Below, piece by piece: positions 1-17,149 of a stretch of 64,000 bases of DNA. The notes under the pieces are model-generated. The model saw only the letters and a list, made by a program, of their open reading frames with translations. It ran no database searches and was not told where the DNA came from. The stretch spans positions 1 through 64,000 of the forward strand of contig FLMG01004035.1 in assembly GCA_900088475.1 (NCBI GenBank). The letters run 5' to 3'. The translations under genes and the position numbers were made by a program. This DNA comes from Hyphochytrium catenoides (lineage: Eukaryota; Protista; Hyphochytriomycota). Each line of letters starts with the position of its first letter. Position 1 is the first letter of the stretch.

Positions 1-261
1 GAGAGAGAGAGAGAGCGAGAGCAAGGAAGACAGAAATATGATAGCACAGGTTGAAGGAAGCGGCTCTAACTGATCAGCACACGTGAAGAGAAGTGAGAAT
101 GAAAGCTTGAGGAGCCCATGACGAGTCTTCACCCCGCTCTTCCTGGCAGGATGAACGGAGGGCTAGTGGTTAGGCAATAATCCCTGTCGTGTCTCTTCCT
201 TCTTTCTCAATCTCTCCCTCGACTCTTCTTTCAATGCGCTCTTCAGGCCGGAGTCTCGCTG

Positions 262-4364
<4,103 letters not shown>

Positions 4365-5108
4365 TGTGCTTTCTTCTAACCTCAGGCTAGTACCGCCAAC
4401 TACTCGAAGACTATCCTTGCAGCTCCTCCGCTCGGCGTCTAATGCCTATGACATACTCGCGGATAAAGCAGGTGGAGGGGACTATTGAGAAGAAGTGGTA
4501 GACGGGGGGAAGCCTGGCTAGTGCTTCACTAGCTTTCGGTCCAAGGGGCCGCATAAATGTGCTCATCACCCAGTCAAAAACATCAAGATTCTTCTCCTAG
4601 ACGATCTCATAGACTCCAGAAAAACCTCAATTGTCTCGCAACCTCTGTGCTGCTCGAGTAATGAGCAAGCGAAAGCTCCACTGTGCGGATTCTGCGTCTC
4701 TAAAAGCAGAGATTTTCAGACAAATCTGCTGCTGATGAAGACGAAGCGACAACCAAAAGCACAAGAATTTCAGAACCTAACTTGATAACTAATCCTAAGA
4801 GATTTAAGGTTATCACCATATCGACGAGGATTGATTTTGGAGACATGATCTTTTGGCTCTTGGGCGTTATTACTGGTCCTAGTCTGGCCTTTCATCTTCA
4901 CTTTCTTTTGATGCTTTCTGAGTACTCCGCGGGCCTGGCGCTGCGTGGACAACCTCTTCAGTTCCCGATGGTGGTCCCGGCTGGTGGCGCGGCTTTGCTT
5001 GTTGACCTAGCTCTACCCTTCTTGGGCTGATGCTACAGAATCGGGCTGCCCTTCCTTGGGACAGAGTACTGAGGCTTTCTGACGAGAGAATGGGCTCATT
5101 TTAGAACT

Positions 5109-5926
5109 ATGGCAGACACCAAGAGCGGTGGAGAGGCGATCGAGCCTGGGGGTGAGGATAGCACTTCGGATCTGACTTCTAATCAACCCACAGCGGTGCA
5201 AGGGTTGAGGAACTTTATTCACGGCAAGGCTGAATGGTTCCAACGATGTAGATATCAAGGCCACATCACCGCTGTCAACTCTCCGGAAGGAGCTCTCGCC
5301 GCGGCTCAAACCCTTCGCAGCATCGACAGATGGCAGAAGTGCAAGTCGATCGTTTATGCCTTTCGGATAGAGACACCGAGCGGCGAAGGTAGGTGAATAT
5401 CAGCCTTTAGTCTGCTGTTCGGGACCAGCTGTTTAGAATGAGCAATAGTGCAGGAAGGCTACGATGACAACGGCGACCCGGGGTCTGGGCAGAAAGTGTT
5501 ACACTTCCTTCAGACATGGGACGCCCGTAACCTCGCTCTTCTGGTTACAAGGTAAGCCTCTATACTGCAAACCTAACTTCTACACCCGCAACATGTTTGA
5601 TGACGGCATCAATCGTGCTCATATCAGACATCAGAGAGGTCCGATGCACCATCTTCTGGCAGAGCGCTACAGAGTTGTACTAGAGCGAGCGAAAGATGTA
5701 ATGCTGAAGTGCTATGAGGTAGGTGAAGACATAGAAAGCTGGCAGAACGAACAACGCTAATACGTAATGGGCTACGTAGACTGTTGAAGAACCTGAAAAA
5801 ACTGACTCTCCAGAGCTGCAACCCAAACCAGTAAGGCCGGAGATGAGCGATGAGAGTTCTACTATCAAGACAAACACTAGACCACCCCGAAGTCGTATCG
5901 TTGCTAATGACTGGGCCAGCTTCTAA
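5109..5926 (+). CDS. IMPACT/YigZ family (UPF0029 domain) protein, 4 exons, no RWD domain seen
   Basis: RYQGHITAVNSPEGA...IVYAFRI | VQEGYDDNGDPGSGQKVLHFLQTWDARNLALLVTR | HQRGPMHHLLAERYRVVLERAKDVM matches the UPF0029 pattern DDGE..AG..LL..L....V.VVVTR. Splice phases are consistent; the 3' end is less certain. Confidence 0.75.
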
Positions 5927-6113
5927 TGAAGCGTCTGTTGGGAGGAGAGAAGAGAGACAATTGCTACTAAGGAAGTGTGAATAAAGAAGACAAATCACAT
6001 TTAGTGTAGCGCTACCAAGTGATCTCACTAGGTCTCCTGCTGAGATATGGGCTTATAACTCTAACAGAGACATTTTTGTGGACAGGACAGGAGCGCTTTC
6101 TAGTTCCTCTGAG

Positions 6114-8053
6114 CTACGCAACGTACGAGACCTCAATCATTTGTAAGGCCGCCAGACCCTCTGTCGTTTCCTTATCGCTGCTTAGAAGAGTGCACTCGAC
6201 CACTTCAGCGCACTCTCCCGCCACGGTCTGGGTCTCGGTACTGTATTTCACAGCTGGAAGGCTTGCAATGAGCCCAAAGAAGTCTTCAAACAAGCTCTCT
6301 TGCTGCGCTCTATCTGACGGCGTCGGGACCAGGCCCAGGTGGTCGGTGTTGAGATCATGATAGTGCCAAACCCCAGGCAATATGGCAGAAGAGTCTTCTT
6401 CGAAGGACTCCAAGGGCCTCGATGCGCAGCCCAGGGGAGCCCGTTGACTGTAGACACTGACGAGTCCATCGTGACCGTACTTCAACCATTCCTTGGGGTC
6501 GAATCCGGGGAATAATTCATCCTTGGCCCATTTAATCTGCGAGTTCTGGAACGATAGCAGCGACCATGCTGCATTCCTTACTCTGCTTAGTGCCCAGCCT
6601 CCCCACGACAACATTCGCGGACTGCTGCTTCCAGCTTCCTTCTCTCTATTGCCGGTGATGCTGAAGTAATAAGTGCTAGCAGAGTCTTGCATCTCTCTAT
6701 TGCGATCCATGACAGCGTGCACACTGAGGTCGTACGCTCCGTTGTCTACGCCCTCGCAGAAAACTCCACCGTGTCTCGCCTTACTGAAGATGCTGGTCAA
6801 ATTTTTCTTCAGGCCTTGTCTCCAGGAAACATTCCAATAATCCAAACCGAAGTCATAAACGCTCTCCTTCAAGATCGTGATGTCTAGAAACTCATACAGA
6901 TGGACCTGACAAAGATTAGATGGAAATGTCAGTCTCCACCGATCAGACTTGAGAACTATACGATATGGCAGCGAGAGAACAGCTACAAAGGGACGGAAAA
7001 GTAAGAGGAAAGATGCAGGAAGTGAGAAAGTAGGCAGAGACGAAAAGCGATGGAGGTTGCAAATATATCCACTTACCCAAAGACCAAGGAAAAACCCCGG
7101 AGAAACAATGTGAGTCTTCACTGGGTCTTCCTTATTTGCTCCTAGCCCATAGACAGAGAGGGAACCATTCAACGGCGAATTGATGGCGGTAACACTGCGA
7201 ATCCAGCGCGCTGAAGTTCCCTGTTCCGCGAAAAAGCCAATTTCGAGATAGTGCTGCAAGACTCTAAGAGTCAGGCCGCCGTAGCTGTGCCCCACCAAGT
7301 GGATCTGACGGTCCGAAAGAAAGAGAAGAGGTTAGGGTCAAATCGTGTTGGATCTTTGCTTCCATATACTTCTACATGGAGACCATTCGCAGTGCCTAGC
7401 TTTATCCTCCTCCTTCCCTCAACTTCGTTGAATTGTCAATAGGCGCACTCTGACTCTATGCATCTCCTGCAATTACTTTGTGCCCTTACCGGATGATCCT
7501 CACCCCATTCAGGAAAGAGGCCCAAGCCATAGTCCTTTCCAAACTGGCAATGGCCAAACTGATCTGCATGCTCTTTTCCATAGTCCACTCTACCTCCCTT
7601 CAGCTGGTAGAATATCTCGCACACACGGTCGTGCACTGAGGCCACAGAGCTGGGAGTGAGGAAAATCTTTCTCAGTTGAGGTTGTGCAATGGCAGCGTGA
7701 CCCCAATAGGCCCTCATAGCCTGCTCAGTCTTGGGTGCCAAGAAGCTAGGAACGAGCGAAGAGAGAAAAGGCACTAATTTAGTACAGCGATTCCGATTTG
7801 CAACTTCGGCCACACAGTCTCAGACGTGTTTTAAGGTCTCTGGTAAATGTTACGCCTTGCTCAATCCAACCTACTGTCGTTCTGTTGCCCTTGAGGTAAA
7901 TATTCCCTGTACTTACCCTGCCACAAAGACCACTGGACAGTCCTTACTATCGCATGGCGTAGAGAGTCCTTCCCAGGCCTTGACTTCTTGGACCGCGCCA
8001 ACTGTTGAGAGGCTTGCTGAAGACTCTGCTGGTGCTTGAATCTGAGGCGCCAT
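6114..8053 (-). CDS. Alpha/beta-hydrolase lipase resembling bacterial family I.5/I.6 lipases; about 4 exons
   Basis: PVVFVAGFLA, SVASVHDRVCEIFYQLKGGRVDYGKEHADQFGH, IHLVGHSYGG (nucleophile elbow), INSPLNGS, HDGLVSVYSQ (catalytic Asp) and TDHLGLV (catalytic His). Confidence 0.88.
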
Positions 8054-9677
8054 GGCGGAAGGATTCTGGCTGCACCGCAAAATGAAGGTGCACGTTGGCA
8101 AGGAGGTTAAAGACTGAAAGAGCTCAGGGCGCTCATCGCGGGGTTGGCACAAAGACTTTTATTTGCAGTGCGGTCCTTTGGAAAACCTTTGTTGCTCGCA
8201 GAGTGATGTTCAAAGAGAGAAGATATGGGAGCGAATGAACCACAACCTACTCCGACCAAACCGGCTGTCTTAGCAGCTGAACCTTGGTCTCGCTCTCCGT
8301 TCCAAGTCTCTCTGTCTCGCCTACAAGTAGAACTCTCTGGCAGGTCATCACGAAGCCCTCACAATAACCTTCCTGCATCCTTCTACCACACCTGACATCA
8401 CACAATAGCCGCTGTTAATATCTATAGACATGACGAAGACACAGTCGGGCGTTGTCGGCGCGACGATGATGGCTCTGCGCTAAATAAATGACAGGGAAGT
8501 CAGGTTTCACAATCTGTCCGCGGTCAGGTTTGGCATCTGCTGTGGGGACTAAGAGAAGCGACCAACAATTTAAGTGGTGTTTAGAATTAGTATTCAGTGG
8601 CCGTCGTGTGCTTTAACTAATAGCTTACTAGCCAATAGTTTTACAAACCTTCTTTGGGCGTATTCGTCGGTAGGATCGGACGGTGGTACGTCACCCGCAA
8701 GCACTTGCCAGCCAATCAGAAGCTACACATTTCTTATGTCAACGCAGACATCCCCCAGGGGAGGTTATCCATCCGCTAACGGCTACCAATCTCTGCGTTT
8801 CGATGAAGGAAGAAGTGTCTGTTGTCGCGCTCCTGCTGCTGAAGCGCGGCAAGCGAGCACTCATTCAGCGCGCGCAGACGAGGAGGGCGCCATCCTATCT
8901 AACTCCTGATTGCACTGCCATGAAGATTCGGTGATGGTGCTACACTTATCTGTCCTTGGAGAGAGAGTCAGAATTGTCCTTGGGGAAAGTAGGTGTCGTC
9001 ACTGTCTAATGAGAGATGATAGCAGGGGATAGCATTCGGCTCGTATGTGAGAAAGGGAAGGGCCACCAAGATTCAGATGAGAGAGTGAATGGGGTAGAGG
9101 AAGAGTTGAGAAAGATCGCTCTGATCGTAATTCTCAAGAAGACAGACGGCGCGGAGCGCAGTTCTCCATTAGAAAACAGTCGCACTCAGGGCCTATGAGG
9201 TGACCGAGAAGTCAGTCTTCAAAGAGAGCTCGTCCAAGATACTTGTATACCAGGAACGGAGGAGCCTGAGGACATATACTCATAGAAAAGTATCGAGACC
9301 CGCTAAAAATTTATGATGGATATGGCATACGAAGTGATAAAGGGGACGATGAGCGAGGAGAAGACGTCAACAAAGGGATGCGGAGAACAGGGAGACAAGA
9401 TGCTAGATTTTTCTCGTCTGAGAACCGTTGTCAGCTTCGTTACTGACCCCAGCATCATACTATGGCCACAGAGCTAGAGCGAAGTAATAGAATGTCTCTC
9501 TATTTGTACACATCAAACACGATGGACACCTGAGATACGGAGATACTGCCATGAGACGTTGCCCATATACGGAGGGGGGAGAAGAAGGAGAGACAAGGAC
9601 AAAGCAAGAGGCTGCCTGGCGCCGTCGTCTTGTTACCTCCATAGTATCAAGAAAGCGTCAGCCTTGCCTTCCGCGCT

Positions 9678-11714
9678 TTAGAACTCCATAGACTCTCGAG
9701 CAAAGAGCATATCTGCCACGGACTCCTCTTTCTCCTCCAGGCGCTCCAAACCTCCAAATGCCCTGGGGCCATGTTCTTGGTCTACCGTATGAGCGCCGAA
9801 GCTTGCGGGTTGGACGACGGTGGTGCCCTTGCACTTAGTCTCTATGAGGCCTGTAGAGTGTCTGATAGGAATTGGAGGCGGAAGGTCTCCACCGCTTCCG
9901 CTCCAAAGCAATAGCTTAGGACCTTCTGTAGCAGAACCTGCGTGAGACGTTGCAATCGTGTTCCGCGAGGAGCCATCTGAAGGGGCAGTGGGAGGAGAAA
10001 TAACACATTGCTCTGCTTCTTGAGGGGGTTTGACGGTCTTAATAGGGAGCGGTGCTATGCTCACAGCCGAGGTAGATAGTCGTGGTAGGCTCTGTCTCTG
10101 ACTTGAGGCCTTGGCCCCTGCGAAAAGCTCTCCATACAGTACGGTTGGCGCAGGAGCTCGTACATCTGTGGCAAACCGGATATCTGTGGCACGTATGAAG
10201 CCCTTAGCAGACATGGAGATGAGAACTATACAAAGAAGTCAAAGATAAGGAAATAGAAGCAAACAGTCAAGCAATACCTTGAGGTACATCTCGAACAGGA
10301 TGTATAAAGAAAGCTCTTAAAGGCAAGTAAAGTTGAGGATACAACCATCCGATTCGAGATATATCCAGCTAACATCAAACAGTGACTGTGTCTTGCCTTA
10401 CCATTCTCAAGTGTAGGGGCCTCTCCAGAATTGAGACGTGCCTTAACAGCGGCAATCTTGTGCTGTAGCATTCCGGAGTCTGAGGGCCTTACAATAGACA
10501 ACCTTCCCTCTTTGCAGTAGGCCTCCTCTCCCATTGCAAGGTTGCCGTCTTCATCTCCAGAGAGGTAAAGAAAGTTCGGATCCCCTCCTGTAGAGCTGGG
10601 GCTTACCTCTGAGAAGTACTTGGAACAGTCACTGGAGGGCTGTCGCTGCGATGGGGCTCCGCCCGCGGAGGAGGAGGAGAGATGATGGACGGCCGTGCCT
10701 GCTGCGGCTAATGCTTGATGGGAAGGAAGGTCCACAGTCCGAGGTCCGCCTGGATTGTAGGTTTGCTGTGTAAGACCTGCAGGTTGATGCCACTGTGGAT
10801 GCTTCGTATCCAATGGCGTATGGGCCTTATTGTAGTTAAAGGAACGGTTGATGCTTTGCCGGGCCTGTGCTCGTCGGATGATGGAGTCCAACCGCTCATC
10901 TTCTTCTCGCTGCCGCTTGTGCTTGATGATGGCGAAGAGAGCGATGGCAAGGATCAGACAAGCTAGACATGAGCCGATGACAGCGTAAATCACTGTGTAG
11001 TCTCCCTGATTATCCTTGGTCCCCTCTTCCTCAGTCGACCCTCCGGTTGACCCCTGATTCTTAGAATTGCCTATTTTACTCTGATCTGGTTGATCCGTAG
11101 GGAAGCCATCTGTAGGGGACTCCACCTCAGGCGAGGAAGGGAGCGATCCGGCTGTGCCGCCTTGGTTGGCGGAGTCCGGTGGGTTGACCTCTACCACTGG
11201 AGTTGGCGAGGAAGGAGGAAAGAAAGGGGAAGGAGAGGGAGGAGGAGGAGGAGCGGCGGCGGAGGAGGAGGAAGGAGAGGGTGATGGAGGGGAAGGGGAA
11301 ATAGAAGTAGACGGAGGCGAGGAGGTGATTGGTGGTGATGGCGGGGCTGCTGAGGGAGTACTGGGAGGAGAGGGGGACGGAGTAGGAGTTATGCTAGGTA
11401 TAGACTGCTTAGGGGGAGGAGGAGGAGAAGCCTGTGTGGGGCTGGCTGTGGTAGCTGGTGGCGCAGTTACGGGAGCAGGAGCCGGAGCTGGTTCTGGAGC
11501 TACTTCAGAATCTGCTTGAGGGGCCCCTACTCCTCTAGTCTGTAGGCTTCTTAGCCCTGGTCCTTCGCCGACAACTGCAAGAGTGACTTAAAGTGAGCAC
11601 CATTGCATTAAACAGATAAACATGGGCGATGATATGCCTACCTCCATGACACAAGGTCAAAAGAAAGCCGATAATCAGGCAGTAGCTCAGTTCCCGCGAA
11701 TGTATCCCTTTCAT
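9678..11714 (-). CDS. Type I membrane protein: signal peptide, Pro/Ser/Thr mucin-like ectodomain, single TM helix, long disordered cytoplasmic tail; 3 exons
   Basis: MKGIHSRELSYCLIIGFLLTLCHG signal peptide, then a GT-AG intron, LRSLQ, a PSPSPP-rich stalk, TM VIYAVIGSCLACLILAIALFAII followed by KHKRQR. A second intron (~10227-10400) joins ORF 9678..10214. Confidence 0.75.
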
Positions 11715-12613
11715 CTTGAGGAGGCCCGAGCTTCGTTAATATAATAATTCAACAGCTATCGAGCATTCTCCGCGGCACGGCAATAGAGAGATACTAAAAA
11801 GGACAAGTGACGGAGCTGCTGAAGCCTTTGTCGCGATGTTCTCGAGCGCTAACCTGCGTCCTCTGGCTTCAGAAGTCGTCCAAGCGACAATCCCAATCCA
11901 CAGACCGTCTACCTCTTGAGCCCAGGAAAGTGACAGGGCAGCAGGCGGCACGGTTGTCTCTGTCACGGACTTGGCAATGAGAAGGCTGGCAGTGGCGCCA
12001 CCATCAGAAGGAGAAAAGTGTAGGTAACACTGACGGTTTCTGGGCCCTCCTTTGATCCTTGGCGCCTCCCATAGCTTATCTTCCTGGTCCATGACGACTG
12101 GCTCTAGATCTCTCTGTAACCAACAGAAAGCTTCAACGTAGCGTTAACGGCTATCCGACAGAAACATTGCACAAAGGAAACATACAACTCCCCGCGAAAT
12201 ACCCATAAGTGATACAGGGGAAACTTCTACTAGTAGAAGCTTTCCATAGTTTCAGCGGGCCAAGACTTTTTCCCAAAATTTCCCAAGGTTGTCCGTTACA
12301 CTTTTGTATCTAAAAAAAGATCTTTTCCTTTCATTGCCTGATGTTCGTATGGGTGAAGCCTGTCTAACATTGGCTGAGCTTGGCACAGGCCAGGAACTAT
12401 TCTCTCACTAGCGCGCAGTAGTGATTGGCTGCCATGGCGATGAAAGAGAGGTCAACACTCCTTCAATTGCCACTCTACCAGCCGAAGATTCGAGACTACT
12501 TCCCCTGCCACTGGCCCCTTCATTGATAGGAGAGTGGGGTGACCAGTTCGAATCAGCGCTATATTCCAACATAGTAGCGTGGCAGCGGGAAATGTACTCC
12601 CCCTAAACGGTGT

Positions 12614-15600
12614 CTAGATGTCTAGAAGACAACCATGCCGGTCTATAGAGGCGAGATAGCTGCGTAGCTCCATCTCAGAGACCTTCAACAGTAATTGAGG
12701 ATAATGTTAGTGACGCGAAAAATCCAGCCGAGGAGAGATCCTACCCTGTTGCATCGTCGGAGCCCTAAATATTGAAGCAACGGGCACTGGTCCAGGAGCG
12801 CGTAGATCGCCCTTGTTGTGACCTTACCAAAGTACATTGTGAAGTCCCTAAGCTGTTGACAGTGGCTTGATATGTAGATTAAGCCATCATCACAAATAAA
12901 CTGCCCGTACAACGGAGTTAGAAGCGCACATCTAAAGCGTCTCCCTTTCTCTTTGCGGACGCTGAGCAGATGACACTTTTAAGATAATGGATTTCTGGTG
13001 TCGCCTTCCTATGTTGACTTTGGTCTTGTCCCAACCAACCCCACCGCTTACAGTCCTTTCTCATTCACATCTTTTCCTTCTTCTTCTTTTGGTCTCGCTG
13101 TCCTTCTGCTCTCTCTCTCTCTCTCTGTTTCTCTCTGTTTCTCTCTCTCTCTCTACGTCCCTCTCGCTCTCTCTCCTTCCTCTGCGTACTGTCCTGCCAG
13201 CGCTTACCTCTTGACGGCTAAGATCCAAAACCTGAAGGCTGTTCAACTGGGCAACAAACAACTCTATATGAGGATCGCTTATGGGCCGCTTTCTGTCGCG
13301 TTTCATTTTCAACCTCACTTTGGATAGTGTAGCAAAGTAACCTCTCTGATGACTTACCGATGATTGGTCACAAAACCAAGCTTCAAGGAGACCAATGAAG
13401 AACTCCAACTGCTACTACCTTCCTCCGTCTGCTGTTCCTCTAGCTTCAGTCGCGCGAGTGTGAATGCTTCATCTTGAATGCGGCAGTGAGTGAGGTCAAG
13501 ATCTTCGAGAAGCCGGCATTCTGAGGCAAGCACTTGCTACGAGAGCGAGCAAAAAGTTAGAAGAATCCTTGTGACGGAATGATGGTGAAAAGGGCACTTA
13601 GCTCAGAGAGAAGGGGTACGGAGACGACAGAGAAACTTTTGGTAGAGAAGAGAAAAGCCGGAGAAGAAGATGCTGCAGAAGGGACACTAACAAAATGGCT
13701 CCAGAAAATAAGCGCTGGCGTGCACCATTGCAAGTACCCTCGGATCAAGGCCGGGATGAACCTATGATGTTTGTCGAAACCCACCAGAGCTTGCTTGAGC
13801 GGTTCCAAGGTTCGAAGAGTGAGCCGTCTAAGGTAGCGACAGCCCCGTGCAAGGCACTTTATGCTGTACTCTTGCAGGGTCACAAGGTGCAGTTAATTAC
13901 TAGCATGCCAACATTTCTCGAACTCTGTAAGACCTCACCTGAAGTGAAGAAACTAGTGCAAGCCTGCAAAAAAAAGAGTTAGAACATGAGAAGATCCTGA
14001 AGACGATCCATACCAAACCAGAAGGAGGAGAAGAATATACCTCGTAGTAAAGAGACTTCAAGTCAGGACAGCTTTCTCCAATTGCGATCAAAGTGTCTTG
14101 AGATAGCTGAAGGCTAATTGGGAGGTGAAGAAGATAAATGTGGTCAGTACGTACATAACATATCATCCCCTTGCAATTCTTACCCTCGTAGATCTAGAGA
14201 AATCAATCTCGCACCTCGACTGCGCACCAAGGTGACCACGGAGTACTCATGAACCAGGACACTGAGCAAGAAACAGACTCTAATCGGTAAGCAAGAACAA
14301 TAACACAATAGCAGCATGTCAAGGTGAGTGGTCATGAACGATGCCGCCCAAGCGAAAGGAGTTGAAGCCCAATATGTACGTCCAAGAGATGCAGTGCTGG
14401 AAAGAACGAGAATCGCAAGAAGAGTCTTACCATTTCCTAAGATCTAAGGTGTGCAAGCTCTGGCAGTTCTCGGCGATGAAGAGCACCTCTGAGTCCGTGA
14501 TCTTCATGCAGCCATCTAGGCATAAGACCTCTAGGGAAAGCCGGGACGTATTGACAATGGCTCTAAGAGCTTCTGGGCGCAAAAGGCGGCATTGGCTGAA
14601 GCTGAGATGCTTTATGCTATCGCAGTAGAGGGATATAGGTCCAGCTGCACTACGGATACCAGCAGAATCATTGGATTGCATACGGACCGGCAGCTTATTA
14701 AGAAAGGAAAGCAACAGGAAAGTAAGGAAGAGAGGAGTGACAACGATTACCATAAGAGCGGCAGAGAGAGGATCAAGGAAACCAATATGAACGAGCGCGA
14801 CGGATGAGTAAGAGGCAAACCAGAAGAGACAGGATGGCTTGCAACATCCAATGAAATTGTAAGGAAAGCAGAGAGAAAGCAGTAGCTTCAGAGCACACAT
14901 GCTCTAGTTGAGTAGTGCAAGCTGGGCAAGTTACGCGGGCATCCCCTCTCTTGTTGCTTACGCACCGGTTGACCATCCTCGTTAGCAGCGAAAGATCTAT
15001 ATCCTGCAGTTGTCGAAGGAACTCCGTGCAAAGTCCCTTCCATTGTTTAGAGATGGAAAGGAGGAGAAATATCTCCTCGATTCGCAGGAAGGGAAGGACA
15101 GAGAGCACGAAGACGGAGTGATGGAGAAGCTGTTTGATGGCAGACGTTGCGTCCAAAGAGTGAGGGGAGAAAGCTTCCTTCGTCGGGTCGGAGGATACTT
15201 CGCCCTTCTTTTGTCGACTGCCATGTTCCAGTTGCCTACGTTTTTTTGAATGCAGTGGCTGCTGACTAGCCTGGCTATCGGGCTTACTCCTCTTGCTTGT
15301 GACCCTCTTCTTACCATTCGCTGCATCTCTCCGGGCTGCATTGGGTCGCACAGCTACTGCTTGTTTTGCTTTGGACTTGCTCTGTGCTACCGGCTTGGTC
15401 TTGCTCTGCGGGAGTTTTCTCTGCATCTGACCATGTTTCCCTTCTTGGACCCTCTCTCCCTCTGGTGAGAAGACCGTAACCCGTGCCTTTGCTTTGCTCT
15501 TACTTCGAGGCCGTCCAGGTGGCATCCCATCCCGTGTTTTTGGCGTTGCTTTAGCTCTTGCTGAAGCCTTTGATTTGACCGCTGCACGTCTCTTGGCTGC

Positions 15601-15926
15601 TCCTTTCTGTGCTTTGGCCATTGAGGACACTCGGGTAGTGCCCTGCTCACTAGAGACGTTTGAGGCTACCTTTTTACGACTCTGTACCTTACTAGAGCTG
15701 CCGTGGGGTAGAGACTTTCCTTTTTGTTTGGCACGAGCTGTGAGGCGAACCTTCCCCGCTCGTTTCACATCTTTTGCTGCTGGTTGACTCTGACCAGCAG
15801 GAGGTTGCCATGATGCACGGCCAATGCTAGAAGCTTCCGTGTCCTTCAGTCCTTTGATCTCTCCTCTGTCAATAGTTGAACGTGCGGGCCGCGGCAGGTC
15901 CGTAAGTCTACGGAGACGTTGCTTTG
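12614..15926 (-). CDS. F-box/leucine-rich-repeat (FBXL-type) protein with basic low-complexity N-terminus; the 5' end runs into an assembly gap
   Basis: F-box-like VLSVLPFLRIEEIFLLLSISKQWKGLC. Cys-containing LRRs: LEVLCLDGCMKITDSEVLFIAENCQSLHTLDLRKC, IGESCPDLKSL, ARGCRYLRRLTL, ECRLLEDLDLTHC, DQCPLLQYLGLRRCNRVSE. The frame stays open up to the Ns at 15927. Confidence 0.82.
13105..13180. repeat. (CT)n microsatellite, intronic in the F-box gene
   Basis: Imperfect ctctct run read directly. Confidence 0.85.
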
Positions 15927-15982
15927 NNNNNNNNNNNNNNNNNNNNNNNNNNNNNNNNNNNNNNNNNNNNNNNNNNNNNNNN
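15927..15982. other. Assembly gap (other gaps at 35268-35297, 48492-48529, 48849-48895)
   Basis: Runs of N. Confidence 0.99.
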
Positions 15983-17149
15983 AAGGGACGATGGCTACAC
16001 TATATGATCCGAGCTTCTAATGCGGTCAAGGGACGAGACAGCACATGAAACACTAGAGATGACAGGACACGCTCAGAGCTAACTCAAACCGATGAGGCCT
16101 TGGTGCTAGACAATCAGTGGAACGTACATCCTCCCGCAATATCCTCAGTAGCAGCTGCTCTATACCGCATTCTTCTACCTCAAGAGCGTCATGACCACGT
16201 CCTTGGGCTCCAACAGTGAGGACTCAACCTCTTGACTGACCTTCATTGACCTTGACCATCTGCGGACCTTGGCGCCCACCTCCCCTATCTGACCGTCCGT
16301 TTGCTGCTGACAGCGGATCCATCAAGGAACCGCATTTTAGCCTGTCAGAGGATACCAGTAACGGCCGCTTTAGCCGCTTTAGAGGAGGAAGTTTTCTGTT
16401 CAAGGTTTTGTTGTGGCTCCTCCACTTCTTGTTGATTATTGGGCGCCTTCTTTCTTCTTCTTGTTTGCTGTTGATGATCATGATGAGCGCGGATGAGGAC
16501 GGCAACGGCGCGCCTGCTGGAGGCAGCTCATCTCTCTATTATGAGCGCCGTCTATCATCCACACCAGCTGAAGTCATGATAGATGGCTGACAATAATGGC
16601 AATAAGAAGAGTCCTTCTTCATACATAAGAAGAGAGTCCTTCATTCTCCCTTCTTCCCTCGCCTTTCCTGCTGCCACGTATCGGTAGCTTCTGATCGCTT
16701 TGCGCATCTACAAGGACATTTGGTCTTCTTCTTCAGCCGGCCAGGTCTTCTTTCCGTTTGCTGTACAATCAGTTGCATTCGTGCCTTGACATTGAGGAGG
16801 TAATCAAGACACATTGGAGCAAGATCTTACTCCGACCACTTCTCCAAACATAACGCCGGCATGCTTGTCCGGCCAAGCTCGCTTCTCCCTGTTGGAAGTC
16901 ATTACCAGGATCTGACATTATGAGTTGTCGGGGTCACAGGCTGATGACTAGCAGCAGGAAGCAAAGAGGAGACGAGACCTCCTTCAGCAGGTACGATGGC
17001 GGTCAGCGTTGTTGGTCCCCGCCTCTTCTCATCAACTGTTCGGAAGCCTCGGTAACCTTGCCTCAGCCTGCTGTACCCTTCTACTAGAGATAGTGGCCGT
17101 GATGAGCCAACCATGAAAATCGAGTCAGTCACTCACCATGGAAGGAAGG

